Positions 45,048 through 54,203 of a stretch of 64,000 bases of DNA are shown piece by piece. The number at the start of each line of letters is the position of its first letter. The stretch's first letter is position 1. The notes beneath the pieces were generated by a model, which was given only the letters and a program-made list of their open reading frames with translations, was not told where the DNA came from and did not search any database. A program made the position numbers and the translations under genes. This DNA comes from Bacteroidales bacterium (GTDB taxonomy: Bacteria; Bacteroidota; Bacteroidia; Bacteroidales; Muribaculaceae): the NCBI GenBank assembly GCA_015060975.1, contig SUXI01000005.1, forward strand, positions 55,810 through 119,809. Reading direction: 5' to 3'.

Positions 45048-45778
45048 ATCATTGCTATAGTGAGTGTGCGGCCTGAATTTATTCCTAATCTCCGAGCCGA
45101 GAAAAATTTTGCAGGATTACAACGTGAACAATCGGTTGGCATTGCAATATTTTCATCAAGAACTCCAAATTCAACAAGTGCTTGACGGCATGCTTGTGGC
45201 AAATCAATATGACAACGCTCACCATACCCATGTAATATTACTTGAGAATTGTTAAATCCATTCTTCACAAACTGCTCAACAACCTCATTTCCCACCTCAA
45301 AACAATCGCCACATATACATGGTCCCATTGCAACTTTTATTCGTTTTACATCAGCGCCACAATCAATCATTTTTTCGATAGTTTTAGAAGCTATACGCCC
45401 CACAGTTCCCTTCCAACCCGAATGTGCAACTGCAACCACATGAGCCTCATCATCAACAAAAACAAGTGGCACACAATCGGCCGTGTTGATTGCTATCGCA
45501 ACGCCGGAAAGTGTTGTTACAAGGGCATCTATATCCTCTAATCGTTCGGCACTAAAAGGGATTGAGTCAACGACTGCAACATTAAGCGAATGTGTTTGGC
45601 GAGGAATAATAAGTGCCTCTCGACCAATGCCAAGTTCATCACATAACAACGACCGAGACGCTTCAACATGCATCATATCGTCGCCCGTGTAATGACAAGC
45701 ATTGAATCCACTATAATTATCATTCTCAATAATACAACCCCGGCATGTGCTCACCGCCACCATGCCGGGGATAGTCAT
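45038..45778 (-). CDS. pgeF: Peptidoglycan editing factor / laccase-domain protein (YfiH family)
   Basis: ORF track start 45838 overlaps obg; ATG 45778 (MTIPGMVAV) preferred. RQTHS, ADCVP, HSGWKGT, CICGDCFEVG motifs of YfiH/PgeF. Confidence 0.8.
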   Translation of the reverse strand: MTIPGMVAVSTCRGCIIENDNYSGFNACHYTGDDMMHVEASRSLLCDELGIGREALIIPRQTHSLNVAVVDSIPFSAERLEDIDALVTTLSGVAIAINTADCVPLVFVDDEAHVVAVAHSGWKGTVGRIASKTIEKMIDCGADVKRIKVAMGPCICGDCFEVGNEVVEQFVKNGFNNSQVILHGYGERCHIDLPQACRQALVEFGVLDENIAMPTDCSRCNPAKFFSARRLGINSGRTLTIAMIKA

Positions 45779-45797
45779 TAAATAGATATGAGATATA

Positions 45798-46994
45798 TTA
45801 TTTCTGGGGTTCATCTTCTTCGTATTCAACCCAATCAAACTCTACATCCTCATCCCAATCATCTCCCTCATAGAAAAATTCTTCTTCATCTTCTTCAATA
45901 GCCATAGGCTCATTCTCAAAGATAAATTCATCTTCTTCACGCACACGATGATGACCATCAAGGGGACGATGAGTGATTGTAGCCGGCTCTATTCGATTAT
46001 TTTCATCGGTTATTGCATCCCAAAGTAAATCTTTCAATTCGGTAACACCCGTTCCCGTAACCGAAGAAAGGAACACATGTGGAATATCTTGTGGCAAATC
46101 CTTTTCCATTTCTGCCATAAGTTCATCATCAAGCATATCACTTTTTGAGATTGCAAGCACACGATGTTTATCTTCCAGCTCAGGATTAAATTTAATCAAC
46201 TCGTCAAGAAGAATTTCATATTCCCGTTTAATATCATCGGCATCGGCAGGAATCATGAACAGCAACACAGCATTGCGTTCGATATGACGAAGGAACCGCA
46301 AACCTAACCCTCTACCCTCACTTGCACCTTCAATAATTCCCGGAATATCTGCCATCACAAACGAACGATTATCGCGATATGACACAATTCCAAGTTGTGG
46401 TTCCATTGTAGTAAATGGATAATCAGCAATTTTTGGTCGTGCGGCCGACAATGATGATAACAATGTTGACTTTCCCGCATTAGGAAAACCAACCAAACCG
46501 ACATCACCCAATAATTTAAGCTCCATAATCACTGTTTTTTCTATCGCAGGCTCTCCCGGTTGGGCATAACGAGGAGTGCGATTTGTCGCACTCTTGAAAT
46601 GCCAGTTCCCGAGACCTCCTCTACCTCCACGAAGCAATTTTATTTCTTCGTCATGGTCAACAACCTCACAAAGATATTCACCTGTTTCGGCATCAAATAC
46701 CACGGTACCGCATGGCACTTCGAGTATCACATCATCACCATCTTTACCAAAACTGCGTCCCCCTGATCCACTCTGACCATTACCGGCAAAGACATGGCGA
46801 CGATAACGCAAAGGCAACAATGTCCACATATTTTTATTCCCCTTTAAAATGATATGACCGCCTCGGCCTCCATCACCTCCATCGGGTCCCCCTTTAGGCA
46901 CATATTTTGCACGATAGAAGTGTCGAGAGCCTGCTCCACCTTTACCGGAGCGACAAAGTATTTTAACGTAATCAATAAAATTAGAATCTGCCAT
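45798..46994 (-). CDS. obg: GTPase Obg/CgtA with acidic C-terminal extension
   Basis: 398 aa; glycine-rich Obg fold [16 protein letters not shown]; G1 GFPNAGKST; DIPGIIEGA; C-terminal E/D-rich tail. Confidence 0.95.
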   Translation of the reverse strand: MADSNFIDYVKILCRSGKGGAGSRHFYRAKYVPKGGPDGGDGGRGGHIILKGNKNMWTLLPLRYRRHVFAGNGQSGSGGRSFGKDGDDVILEVPCGTVVFDAETGEYLCEVVDHDEEIKLLRGGRGGLGNWHFKSATNRTPRYAQPGEPAIEKTVIMELKLLGDVGLVGFPNAGKSTLLSSLSAARPKIADYPFTTMEPQLGIVSYRDNRSFVMADIPGIIEGASEGRGLGLRFLRHIERNAVLLFMIPADADDIKREYEILLDELIKFNPELEDKHRVLAISKSDMLDDELMAEMEKDLPQDIPHVFLSSVTGTGVTELKDLLWDAITDENNRIEPATITHRPLDGHHRVREEDEFIFENEPMAIEEDEEEFFYEGDDWDEDVEFDWVEYEEDEPQK

Positions 46995-47010
46995 AAAATG
47001 TTGTTTTTCG

Positions 47011-48063
47011 TTATTTGATTAAATCATTATGGTGGCGCATGAGATCTTGGGCCTGTTTGAAGTCGTTTGGCGAGCCCACATCAATCCATGTGCCATTAAT
47101 AGGATAATAAACAACCTTCAATCCCTTATCAATAGCCTGCTCTATTAAATCGGTTGCATCAGTGCGACTGTCACTTGGCACCGTGTCGAGCAACTTATTA
47201 GAGAAGATATAGATGCCGGCATTAGCATAATAAGAGTATGATGGTTTTTCTTCAATACCTTTTACCGTTACACTGTCGGTAGTCAATATAGCATAAGGAA
47301 CCGACACGACATAAGGAATTGCCGCAATCGTCACATCGGCTTGTTCTTCAATATGTCGCATATACATTTCCTCAAACGAAATTGTTGTCAATAAATCAGA
47401 GTTCATTACAAGAGTGTTACCCTCTTTGTCGCGAGGCACAAGCGAAGCAGCCCCTATCGTGCCTAATGGTTGCGTTTCGGTCACACACTTCACTTTAACT
47501 CCTGCGATAGGTGTTGCAAAATGTTTATGAATTTGTTCGGCAAGATATCGAGTGGTAACAGTTATATCATTTATGCCTACCAAAGATAAAGCCTCTATAT
47601 TGTAATCAATGATTGCTTTCCCACCTATCTCAAGTAACGGTTTTGGGGTGTTAAGAGTTAATGGACGAAGTCTCTCACCTTTTCCTCCTGCCATAAGTAT
47701 TGCACTTAATGGCAACACCGACTTTGTTTTGGTGAGATCATAAATATGTTTAATCGTACCATCTTCATTGAGATGAGGCAAAATTCCAATACCTGTCATG
47801 CGACACTTGCGCATCAAATTGACATCAACATTTTTTGTTTTAATGGCCTTAAAATTGCGATGCATAGCCTCTTTAACGGCCGCCGAAAGCGAAACTCCGG
47901 CGAGCAATGCACGACGCACATCACCGTCGGTCAATGTCCCGGTCATCACACCACATTCATTTGTAACGAGCAACACCATTTGCTTACCCGACAAGGCATT
48001 TAACTGTCGAAGAGCTTCTAAAATCGTAGCATTTTCGGTTATTATATATTTATTCATAACCAT
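47011..48063 (-). CDS. CBS-domain sugar-phosphate nucleotidyltransferase (PtmE-like architecture)
   Basis: 350 aa; tandem CBS region then [27 protein letters not shown]-transferase motif; start overlaps the upstream stop (TAATG). Confidence 0.75.
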   Translation of the reverse strand: MVMNKYIITENATILEALRQLNALSGKQMVLLVTNECGVMTGTLTDGDVRRALLAGVSLSAAVKEAMHRNFKAIKTKNVDVNLMRKCRMTGIGILPHLNEDGTIKHIYDLTKTKSVLPLSAILMAGGKGERLRPLTLNTPKPLLEIGGKAIIDYNIEALSLVGINDITVTTRYLAEQIHKHFATPIAGVKVKCVTETQPLGTIGAASLVPRDKEGNTLVMNSDLLTTISFEEMYMRHIEEQADVTIAAIPYVVSVPYAILTTDSVTVKGIEEKPSYSYYANAGIYIFSNKLLDTVPSDSRTDATDLIEQAIDKGLKVVYYPINGTWIDVGSPNDFKQAQDLMRHHNDLIK

Positions 48064-48794
48064 TATTTATTTTTTGACAATTCAGTCATTACCAATTCCG
48101 CAATCATCCAATCCATAGGAGTGTCAAGATCTATACTCCTTTCTCGCGGCATTACACATGGAACTTTGCGAGAAAATTCGCCCATTGTCATTGACCGAAT
48201 CGATTGTGGATTTATCACATATACCGCCCCATTATATTCCCACACTTTGGGAGCATCTTGACGTCGTGTAATCTTTCCATCTCCTTTACTCACATGAAGA
48301 AACCCGGTGGCAGAATCAATCTCAAAACAATTATAATAAGGATTTGTTGCAGTTTCTACTACACTAACCACCATATCAATTTCAGGAGAATACAATCCCA
48401 ATGCTCGCTTCACATCATCTGTGTTTCTCATTGGCGATGTAGGTTGCAATAAAACCACATTATCATACTGAATACCAACGTCATCGGCATAATCCATAGC
48501 ATCAATAATAACTTCACGAGAGCCGGCGGTGTCAGTTGCTAAACTTGCCGGACGCATATATGGAACAGTCAAACCTGTTTGGTTTACAACTTGTGCGATT
48601 TCCTCATCATCGGTTGATACTATAATATGGCTATCGTCGGTCAATGCACGCGCAACAGCGATTGAATAATGAATCAATGGCACCCCTGCAAGTTCTTTGA
48701 TATTCTTGCGAGGTATGCCCTTGCTTCCTCCTCGTGCCGGGATTATATATAACGATTTATTCTCTTTCATCAATCGATTAACCCATTTAATCAT
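48063..48794 (-). CDS. Acylneuraminate (nonulosonate) cytidylyltransferase family, CMP-NulO synthetase
   Basis: 243 aa; IIPARGGSKGIPRKNI hallmark, LLQPTSPMR. Confidence 0.8.
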   Translation of the reverse strand: MIKWVNRLMKENKSLYIIPARGGSKGIPRKNIKELAGVPLIHYSIAVARALTDDSHIIVSTDDEEIAQVVNQTGLTVPYMRPASLATDTAGSREVIIDAMDYADDVGIQYDNVVLLQPTSPMRNTDDVKRALGLYSPEIDMVVSVVETATNPYYNCFEIDSATGFLHVSKGDGKITRRQDAPKVWEYNGAVYVINPQSIRSMTMGEFSRKVPCVMPRERSIDLDTPMDWMIAELVMTELSKNK

Positions 48795-48807
48795 CTCTAC
48801 GACAATA

Positions 48808-48815
48808 CAAAAATA
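48808..48815 (-). promoter_or_regulatory. Candidate -7 box TATTTTTG upstream of the cytidylyltransferase gene
   Basis: caaaaata on plus strand, 13 nt upstream of ATG 48794. Confidence 0.35.
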
Positions 48816-49322
48816 CTACAAATAATCATTATTTGCACACTCTCACTAATGTTTTTTGTCCTAAAATCACAATTTATTTTTTACATTGTTACCTTATAAC
48901 ACCTATAAATTTACATTTGTGCTGTTTTATAATTATCTTTTTCACAATCACAGTTTTTAAAATCGCACAGAACAAAGCTAATAAAGCGTTTATTTATCAA
49001 AAAAAATAAATATATTGATTTATATTTCATACCACTTTACACCATACAAATTTACTAATTTTCAACAAATTACATTTCTGAAATCAGTAACTATATTTAT
49101 ATTTCACATAGATATACATAACTTTCTCGTTCAGATATAGTACTTTTGCATAGTAAAAAAGCAATTGGTCTAAAACAAGACAGACATTGTTTATAGGTTA
49201 TATTTTTAAGGTTAGTATTTAATGTTGTATAGTGCATTTCTTGTATTTGCCACAACAAAAAAAAGATTTTAAATTGTGTTTTATATTTAGGTTTGTTTTA
49301 CTTGGTTATCCAAGTGATAAAA

Positions 49323-49348
49323 ATAGCCACCCTGTGAAGGATGGCTAT
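49323..49348 (-). terminator. Terminator after 49371..50228
   Basis: atagcca..tggctat stem flanked by an A-run and a T-run (aaaaatagccaccctgtgaaggatggctattttttt). Confidence 0.55.
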
Positions 49349-49370
49349 TTTTTTATATCTTCATCGACAA

Positions 49371-50228
49371 TTATATCTCGCACAAATTTTTACGAGGAAA
49401 TGCGTCAATAAAACTGCCGGGAGTTGAGTTATAAATATTCACACCTTTTGCTTCGGCATATCTTTGTATGCTATGATATGCTTTAAATGCCAAATAAAAG
49501 CTATATATTATTTGATGCAAAGGATATTTCAAATAATCCACTTTTATGCGTTTCTCCTCTTTTTCATCTTCTTTATAGAAATGTGGCTGAATTGAAACTA
49601 CCTCATTTCGTTCATTTACAGATAATGTTTTTGTCCAAGAATGGTCGGCTCCAGTTATATACACGTTTCCATAGCCCATTTTAATCGCAATCATTATAGA
49701 AGGGATAAGCACATTTCGTGGACGTGGCATTCCCCTGCCCGAAGAGTATGCCCAATCTTTGAGCCAATCAAATCCTTCAACTGCCAAGAAATTAAAATAC
49801 TCTATTTTAACATGAGGATTCTCTATATCAAAACCGTGTTCTTTTGCCTCAAATGGCACAAACAATGTCATTTGCCAACAAATTTTTGTAAAATTCTCAC
49901 GCAATCTCATCACATTCACGTCATTTACCGCCACAAAGAAATGAGGGTCGGCAAGGACATAATATCGTGGCTTCAGTTTCCAAAATTGAGGTGCGTTAGC
50001 CGCAAAATTCACCGACAAAGTGGGCATTGCATTTAATATAACAGCACTTTCTTCAATAGTTTCATTGAGCGAGGGACCATTCCCCATTATTATAATTGAT
50101 TCATTACTATTGGCTACTTTTTTGATTGTTGATTTATGCGACTTCAATAATAGCTTTGCTATACTTTTCAATGAATCGCATGCGTTTGTTGCCATGCTGC
50201 CAAGATTATTAAAGGCTGTTTTCGTCAT
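49371..50228 (-). CDS. Putative nonulosonic-acid (sialyl-type) transferase, GT42 / DUF115 (MptE/Maf)-like
   Basis: 285 aa; IIIMGNGPSLNE resembles the IIAGNGPSL start of Campylobacter Cst sialyltransferases and DUF115 proteins; later IKMGYGNVYITGADHSW resembles their LGYKEIYLSGID region. Assignment from memory, needs an HMM. Confidence 0.45.
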   Translation of the reverse strand: MTKTAFNNLGSMATNACDSLKSIAKLLLKSHKSTIKKVANSNESIIIMGNGPSLNETIEESAVILNAMPTLSVNFAANAPQFWKLKPRYYVLADPHFFVAVNDVNVMRLRENFTKICWQMTLFVPFEAKEHGFDIENPHVKIEYFNFLAVEGFDWLKDWAYSSGRGMPRPRNVLIPSIMIAIKMGYGNVYITGADHSWTKTLSVNERNEVVSIQPHFYKEDEKEEKRIKVDYLKYPLHQIIYSFYLAFKAYHSIQRYAEAKGVNIYNSTPGSFIDAFPRKNLCEI

Positions 50229-51114
50229 AATTATGAGTTAACAAATATTCTACAACACTATTTGGTGTCCAATCAATAATCCGGTTTATTGCATCAGAAT
50301 TAAAAGTCAATGTCTGTGTCAAATGTAACATTTTTTGAGTTGTAATTGGTGCCGAATAGCCAATTTTATCCCCTATTCTTGCTGCAAATCTAACTAACGA
50401 CATTGGTATTGTGTAAATTCGCTTATTTCCCATGCGATAAGCCAATGCCTCAGCAAAATCGTAAACTGATGGGTTTACACCGTCGGTTATATTATATATG
50501 CCACCAAATGATGATATTTTCCTGACCACAATAGATACATCAGTTGCATGAATCATGCTTCGATGAGACTCATTGTCTTTTATATGAAAATAATATCCAC
50601 GATATATGCCATTGACCATCGACCGCAACAATCCTTTCATTCGAGATCCCACAATCAATGGAGGACGAAGTATCGTCAATGTAACAGAGTGAGACTCACA
50701 CCACTTTTTTAAAAACTGCTCAGCATTGTATTTTGATTTACCATACTCGGTCTTGGGGTTAACAGACGTTGATTCATCATAATTCTCTCCACATTCCTTT
50801 CCATATACTTGCACCGAAGAGATAAAGACCAATTCACGTGGTGGGTTATGTTCCAATCCTCTACATAAATTAACTGTTCCTTGATGATTTACCGACTCGG
50901 CTTTTTCAGGACGTTGGTCACCTGCAGCATGAACTACCAAATCAAATTTGCGAGTAAACTCAGGCACACACATCGACAAATCACACACAATTTCATTGCG
51001 TGTATTCAGCCCTAATGTGGTCACATCACAATCTTCAAATTCTCGACAAAGATACCGTCCGAGGAATCCGCATGACCCGGTAATTAATACTATTTGTTTT
51101 TTGCGTTCCGTAAT
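50209..51114 (-). CDS. NAD-dependent epimerase/dehydratase (SDR) with no canonical start codon upstream of its Rossmann motif
   Basis: ORF track starts at GTG 51024, but the frame is open to stop TAG 51129-51127 and reads KKNTITERKKQIVLITGSCGFLGRYL. The GxxGxxG motif therefore lies upstream of the tracked start. Only ATT (51114) and ATA (51093) are candidate starts; the end coordinate given is the ATT option. Confidence 0.6.
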   Translation of the reverse strand: MTERKKQIVLITGSCGFLGRYLCREFEDCDVTTLGLNTRNEIVCDLSMCVPEFTRKFDLVVHAAGDQRPEKAESVNHQGTVNLCRGLEHNPPRELVFISSVQVYGKECGENYDESTSVNPKTEYGKSKYNAEQFLKKWCESHSVTLTILRPPLIVGSRMKGLLRSMVNGIYRGYYFHIKDNESHRSMIHATDVSIVVRKISSFGGIYNITDGVNPSVYDFAEALAYRMGNKRIYTIPMSLVRFAARIGDKIGYSAPITTQKMLHLTQTLTFNSDAINRIIDWTPNSVVEYLLTHNYDENSL

Positions 51115-51869
51115 TGTGTTTTTTTTCTAAAACTTTTCAAAGTACAAAGATACCGTTTTAATAGCAAAAACACATTAACATTACATGAATTTTCTTTTAA
51201 TGCCCGATATTTTTCACGATTATTTGTGAAAATGCGGTGATACAATCTTGTTGACAGCCCCCCTACCGACATTGTCACCATATCAAGTGGCAAATACTCT
51301 CCACACAAGTCATTAACCACCATAAGCCGCAGAAACATATCAAAATCGGCTCCTATCAAATAGTCCTCTTTATAAAATCCATACCTATAAAACAAATCTC
51401 GGCGCATATACAACGACGGATGAGGCGGCGCTATACCTTGAAGCAGTTTTTCTTTTGCAAAATCATCTGACGAATAATATCTAACTATTTTTCCATCTAA
51501 CGTGCGATATTTAACATCTCCATATAAAAAAGGAGCGTTGGTAGAACCAAATTTAGCTACAACCTGCTCCACCACATCACACGACGAAAACACATCATTT
51601 CCATGAAGCAATCCCACTACATCACCCGTAGCCATAGCAATGCCTTTGTTAATTGCGCTATAAACTCCGGAATCTGGATCGCTCATATACTTAATGATAT
51701 GCGGATATTGATGAGTGTATCTTTTTATAATATCAATAGACCCATCGCTACTTGCTCCATCGATTATTATATATTCTATATTTTTATATGATTGCCACAA
51801 CACACTCTTTATCGTAGTTTCAAGCGTTGAAGCATTATTGCGTGTAGCTGTTATTATCGAAACTTTCAT
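51090..51869 (-). CDS. Family-2 glycosyltransferase
   Basis: ORF track start 51944; ATG 51869 (MKVSIITATRNN) preferred, giving an ATGA overlap with the upstream stop. IIIDGASSDGS and DAVY-type GT2 motifs. Confidence 0.8.
   Translation of the reverse strand: MKVSIITATRNNASTLETTIKSVLWQSYKNIEYIIIDGASSDGSIDIIKRYTHQYPHIIKYMSDPDSGVYSAINKGIAMATGDVVGLLHGNDVFSSCDVVEQVVAKFGSTNAPFLYGDVKYRTLDGKIVRYYSSDDFAKEKLLQGIAPPHPSLYMRRDLFYRYGFYKEDYLIGADFDMFLRLMVVNDLCGEYLPLDMVTMSVGGLSTRLYHRIFTNNREKYRALKENSCNVNVFLLLKRYLCTLKSFRKKTQLRNAKNK
51145..51152 (-). promoter_or_regulatory. Candidate internal -7 box TATCTTTG inside the GT2 3' end, upstream of the epimerase N-terminus
   Basis: caaagata on plus strand, 30 nt upstream of ATT 51114. 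Confidence 0.3.
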
Positions 51870-53293
51870 GCTCCACTCCATTTTTGAAATATACAAACCA
51901 TTACCAATGCAACCACAAGCATCATGCCATAACAAATCATCCATTGTTTAAACCTCAAATGATTGCGCCATGAAGCCAAAACATATACCGCGCATGGAAT
52001 AAGAACCGATAGGATTGGCAAAGTATAACGAGAAACCGTTCCGGCAAACAAATATGCGGGCAACAACCACACCAAAGCACCCCACACCGCAAACCGACGT
52101 AACAAAACAGGAGATTGTCGCATCAAAAACAAAAAATAATATAATATTAATCCTCCAACCACATACCAAGGATATGACACATGAGCATAAGCTAATGTAT
52201 ATCCAAAATGGATATCATCGCCAAAGCCCCACGGTAATGGAATAAGATATTGCACTGCTCCCGATAATGGCAATAACAACACTTTTTGCCACCAAGGATA
52301 ATCAAAATATCCTTTTATCAACTCGGTATATATCACATGGTCGCTATCCAGGAAAAAGGAATTATTCATACCATAACCACTCATAATTTTGCCAGTGGTT
52401 TCACTCATTTCTACTTGCATAGAATGAAACACGACCGACACTGCTATCAAACACGCTATGCATATCAATATCATTGCAATACCCAACATTAACTGCCGGC
52501 GACGCCATTTCACCATCAGCATCACACCCATAATGAGCAAAAACAACATATTGTATCGTGTAAAAGACAATAGAACAACTCCCATACTCCACAATATGAG
52601 CATGAGCAATTGCCGGGAACCCGTTTCGGGAAGTTTTGCTAAAGAAGTAAGAGAAAACGCTGTTATCGAAAAAGAAAATATTATTATCGACTCTTTCAAC
52701 AATAATGTACCTGAATTAAGAAAATAACACACCGAAGCAATCAAAATCATCGCACACGACGCAACCCATTGTCCCGAACGACACGTTTCACCTCTCAGCA
52801 CTCGCCACGATATTCCTCCACTCATAATTACCGAAAACAACATCAACAACATGTTAACGACAAGTGGTGATACAATCGTTATACCAGTCATCCTCCACAG
52901 CCACGAAACCAACAATCCATATCCATGATTTTTTATATCTGTTGCCCCTCCAATCGATGAATCCATAGCATAGAGGGCATCATTAAAAAAACGAGCAGCA
53001 TCTGAGTTTAATAATATTGGATTAACGGTGGTACCTCCACTAATAGTTGTATATAAATGCACATTTGAAATAATTCCCAACGCAAGAATCATTGTTGCAA
53101 TTAACAAAGTCCATTTCCCTGCTTCGCTATACCATGGAACTACCCGATACACAAAAAAAACTACAACCCATACCCCTATCAGAGCCGTCAACGTGAGAAA
53201 AAAATCAGCACCGGGCATTAATATCAATGCCAATGACACTAGTAATATATATCCTATTTGAGCGCACTCAAATGTATTTATTTTAATAGACAT
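51866..53293 (-). CDS. Polytopic membrane protein, Wzy/O-antigen-polymerase-like
   Basis: 475 aa, about 12 hydrophobic spans with one larger loop; first gene of the glycan unit. Family assignment by topology and context only. Confidence 0.5.
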   Translation of the reverse strand: MSIKINTFECAQIGYILLVSLALILMPGADFFLTLTALIGVWVVVFFVYRVVPWYSEAGKWTLLIATMILALGIISNVHLYTTISGGTTVNPILLNSDAARFFNDALYAMDSSIGGATDIKNHGYGLLVSWLWRMTGITIVSPLVVNMLLMLFSVIMSGGISWRVLRGETCRSGQWVASCAMILIASVCYFLNSGTLLLKESIIIFSFSITAFSLTSLAKLPETGSRQLLMLILWSMGVVLLSFTRYNMLFLLIMGVMLMVKWRRRQLMLGIAMILICIACLIAVSVVFHSMQVEMSETTGKIMSGYGMNNSFFLDSDHVIYTELIKGYFDYPWWQKVLLLPLSGAVQYLIPLPWGFGDDIHFGYTLAYAHVSYPWYVVGGLILYYFLFLMRQSPVLLRRFAVWGALVWLLPAYLFAGTVSRYTLPILSVLIPCAVYVLASWRNHLRFKQWMICYGMMLVVALVMVCIFQKWSGA

Positions 53294-53297
53294 GATG

Positions 53298-53305
53298 CAA
53301 ACTTA
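53298..53305 (-). promoter_or_regulatory. Candidate -7 box TAAGTTTG ending 4 nt before ATG 53293
   Basis: caaactta on plus strand. Confidence 0.3.
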
Positions 53306-53348
53306 GTTATTTTTAGCCAATTTAGCCAAATTATACACACAATTTTCT

Positions 53349-53356
53349 TAATTTTG
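53349..53356 (+). promoter_or_regulatory. Candidate -7 box TAATTTTG ending 4 nt before ATG 53361
   Basis: taattttg read directly. Confidence 0.3.
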
Positions 53357-53360
53357 CATT

Positions 53361-54203
53361 ATGAATCAGTCATCGGTTATAAAAATTAATATTGATGAAG
53401 TGTTGAGGCAACGGCTTCCTCACCATTATCGTTTTATCCCACGTTTTTTAATCAGATGGCTTGAAATAATAATCTGCCAAGAACAATTAAACGAGTTGCT
53501 GAGCAATAATTATGGGAAGAAAGATGCCGATTTTTGTCGTGGAGTAATTAATGATTTAAATATATCCCTCAAAATAAATGGAGAAAACAATCTACCTCCT
53601 CGAGAAAAACGTCGGGTAGTAATTGTTTCCAATCATCCATTGGGTGGGCTTGATGGCATCGCACTCATCGATTTCATCAACCAACAATATGGAGGCAAAC
53701 TTCACTTTGTGGTCAACGACCTGCTTATGGCAGTAAAACCACTTAACGGAGTGTTTCTTCCCATTAACAAACATGGCAAACAAAGTCGTCTTTCCATGCA
53801 AGCCATCGAAGATGCTTTTGCCGGCGATGATCCCATATTGATTTTCCCCGCAGGATTGGTATCTCGTCAAGGTGAAAATGGTGTTATCGCCGACCTGAAG
53901 TGGCAAAAAATGTTTGTTGCCAAAAGCATCAAATATCATCGTGATATAATTCCTTTATATTTTGATGGTGAAAATTCACCATTTTTTTATAATTTTGCAA
54001 AATTAAGGGCAAAATTAAATATCAAGTTCAATATTGAAATGATACTTTTGCCCCGTGAGATCTTCCGATGCAAAAATTCAACATTGACAATTTCAATCGG
54101 AGCTCCCATCTCTTGGCAATCTCTCGTTTGTAAGGAAAATCATGACTTACAGCTAATTGCCAATGATATTAAGCGATTTGTTTATAACTTGAACCAAATT
54201 TAA
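53361..54203 (+). CDS. glsA: Lysophospholipid (PlsC-type) acyltransferase, O-acyltransferase of the glycine-lipid pathway (GlsA/OlsA-like)
   Basis: 280 aa; HX4D motif in VIVSNHPLGGLDG, FPAGLVSR; abuts the N-acyltransferase gene (stop 54203, next ATG 54204). Confidence 0.6.
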   Translation: MNQSSVIKINIDEVLRQRLPHHYRFIPRFLIRWLEIIICQEQLNELLSNNYGKKDADFCRGVINDLNISLKINGENNLPPREKRRVVIVSNHPLGGLDGIALIDFINQQYGGKLHFVVNDLLMAVKPLNGVFLPINKHGKQSRLSMQAIEDAFAGDDPILIFPAGLVSRQGENGVIADLKWQKMFVAKSIKYHRDIIPLYFDGENSPFFYNFAKLRAKLNIKFNIEMILLPREIFRCKNSTLTISIGAPISWQSLVCKENHDLQLIANDIKRFVYNLNQI

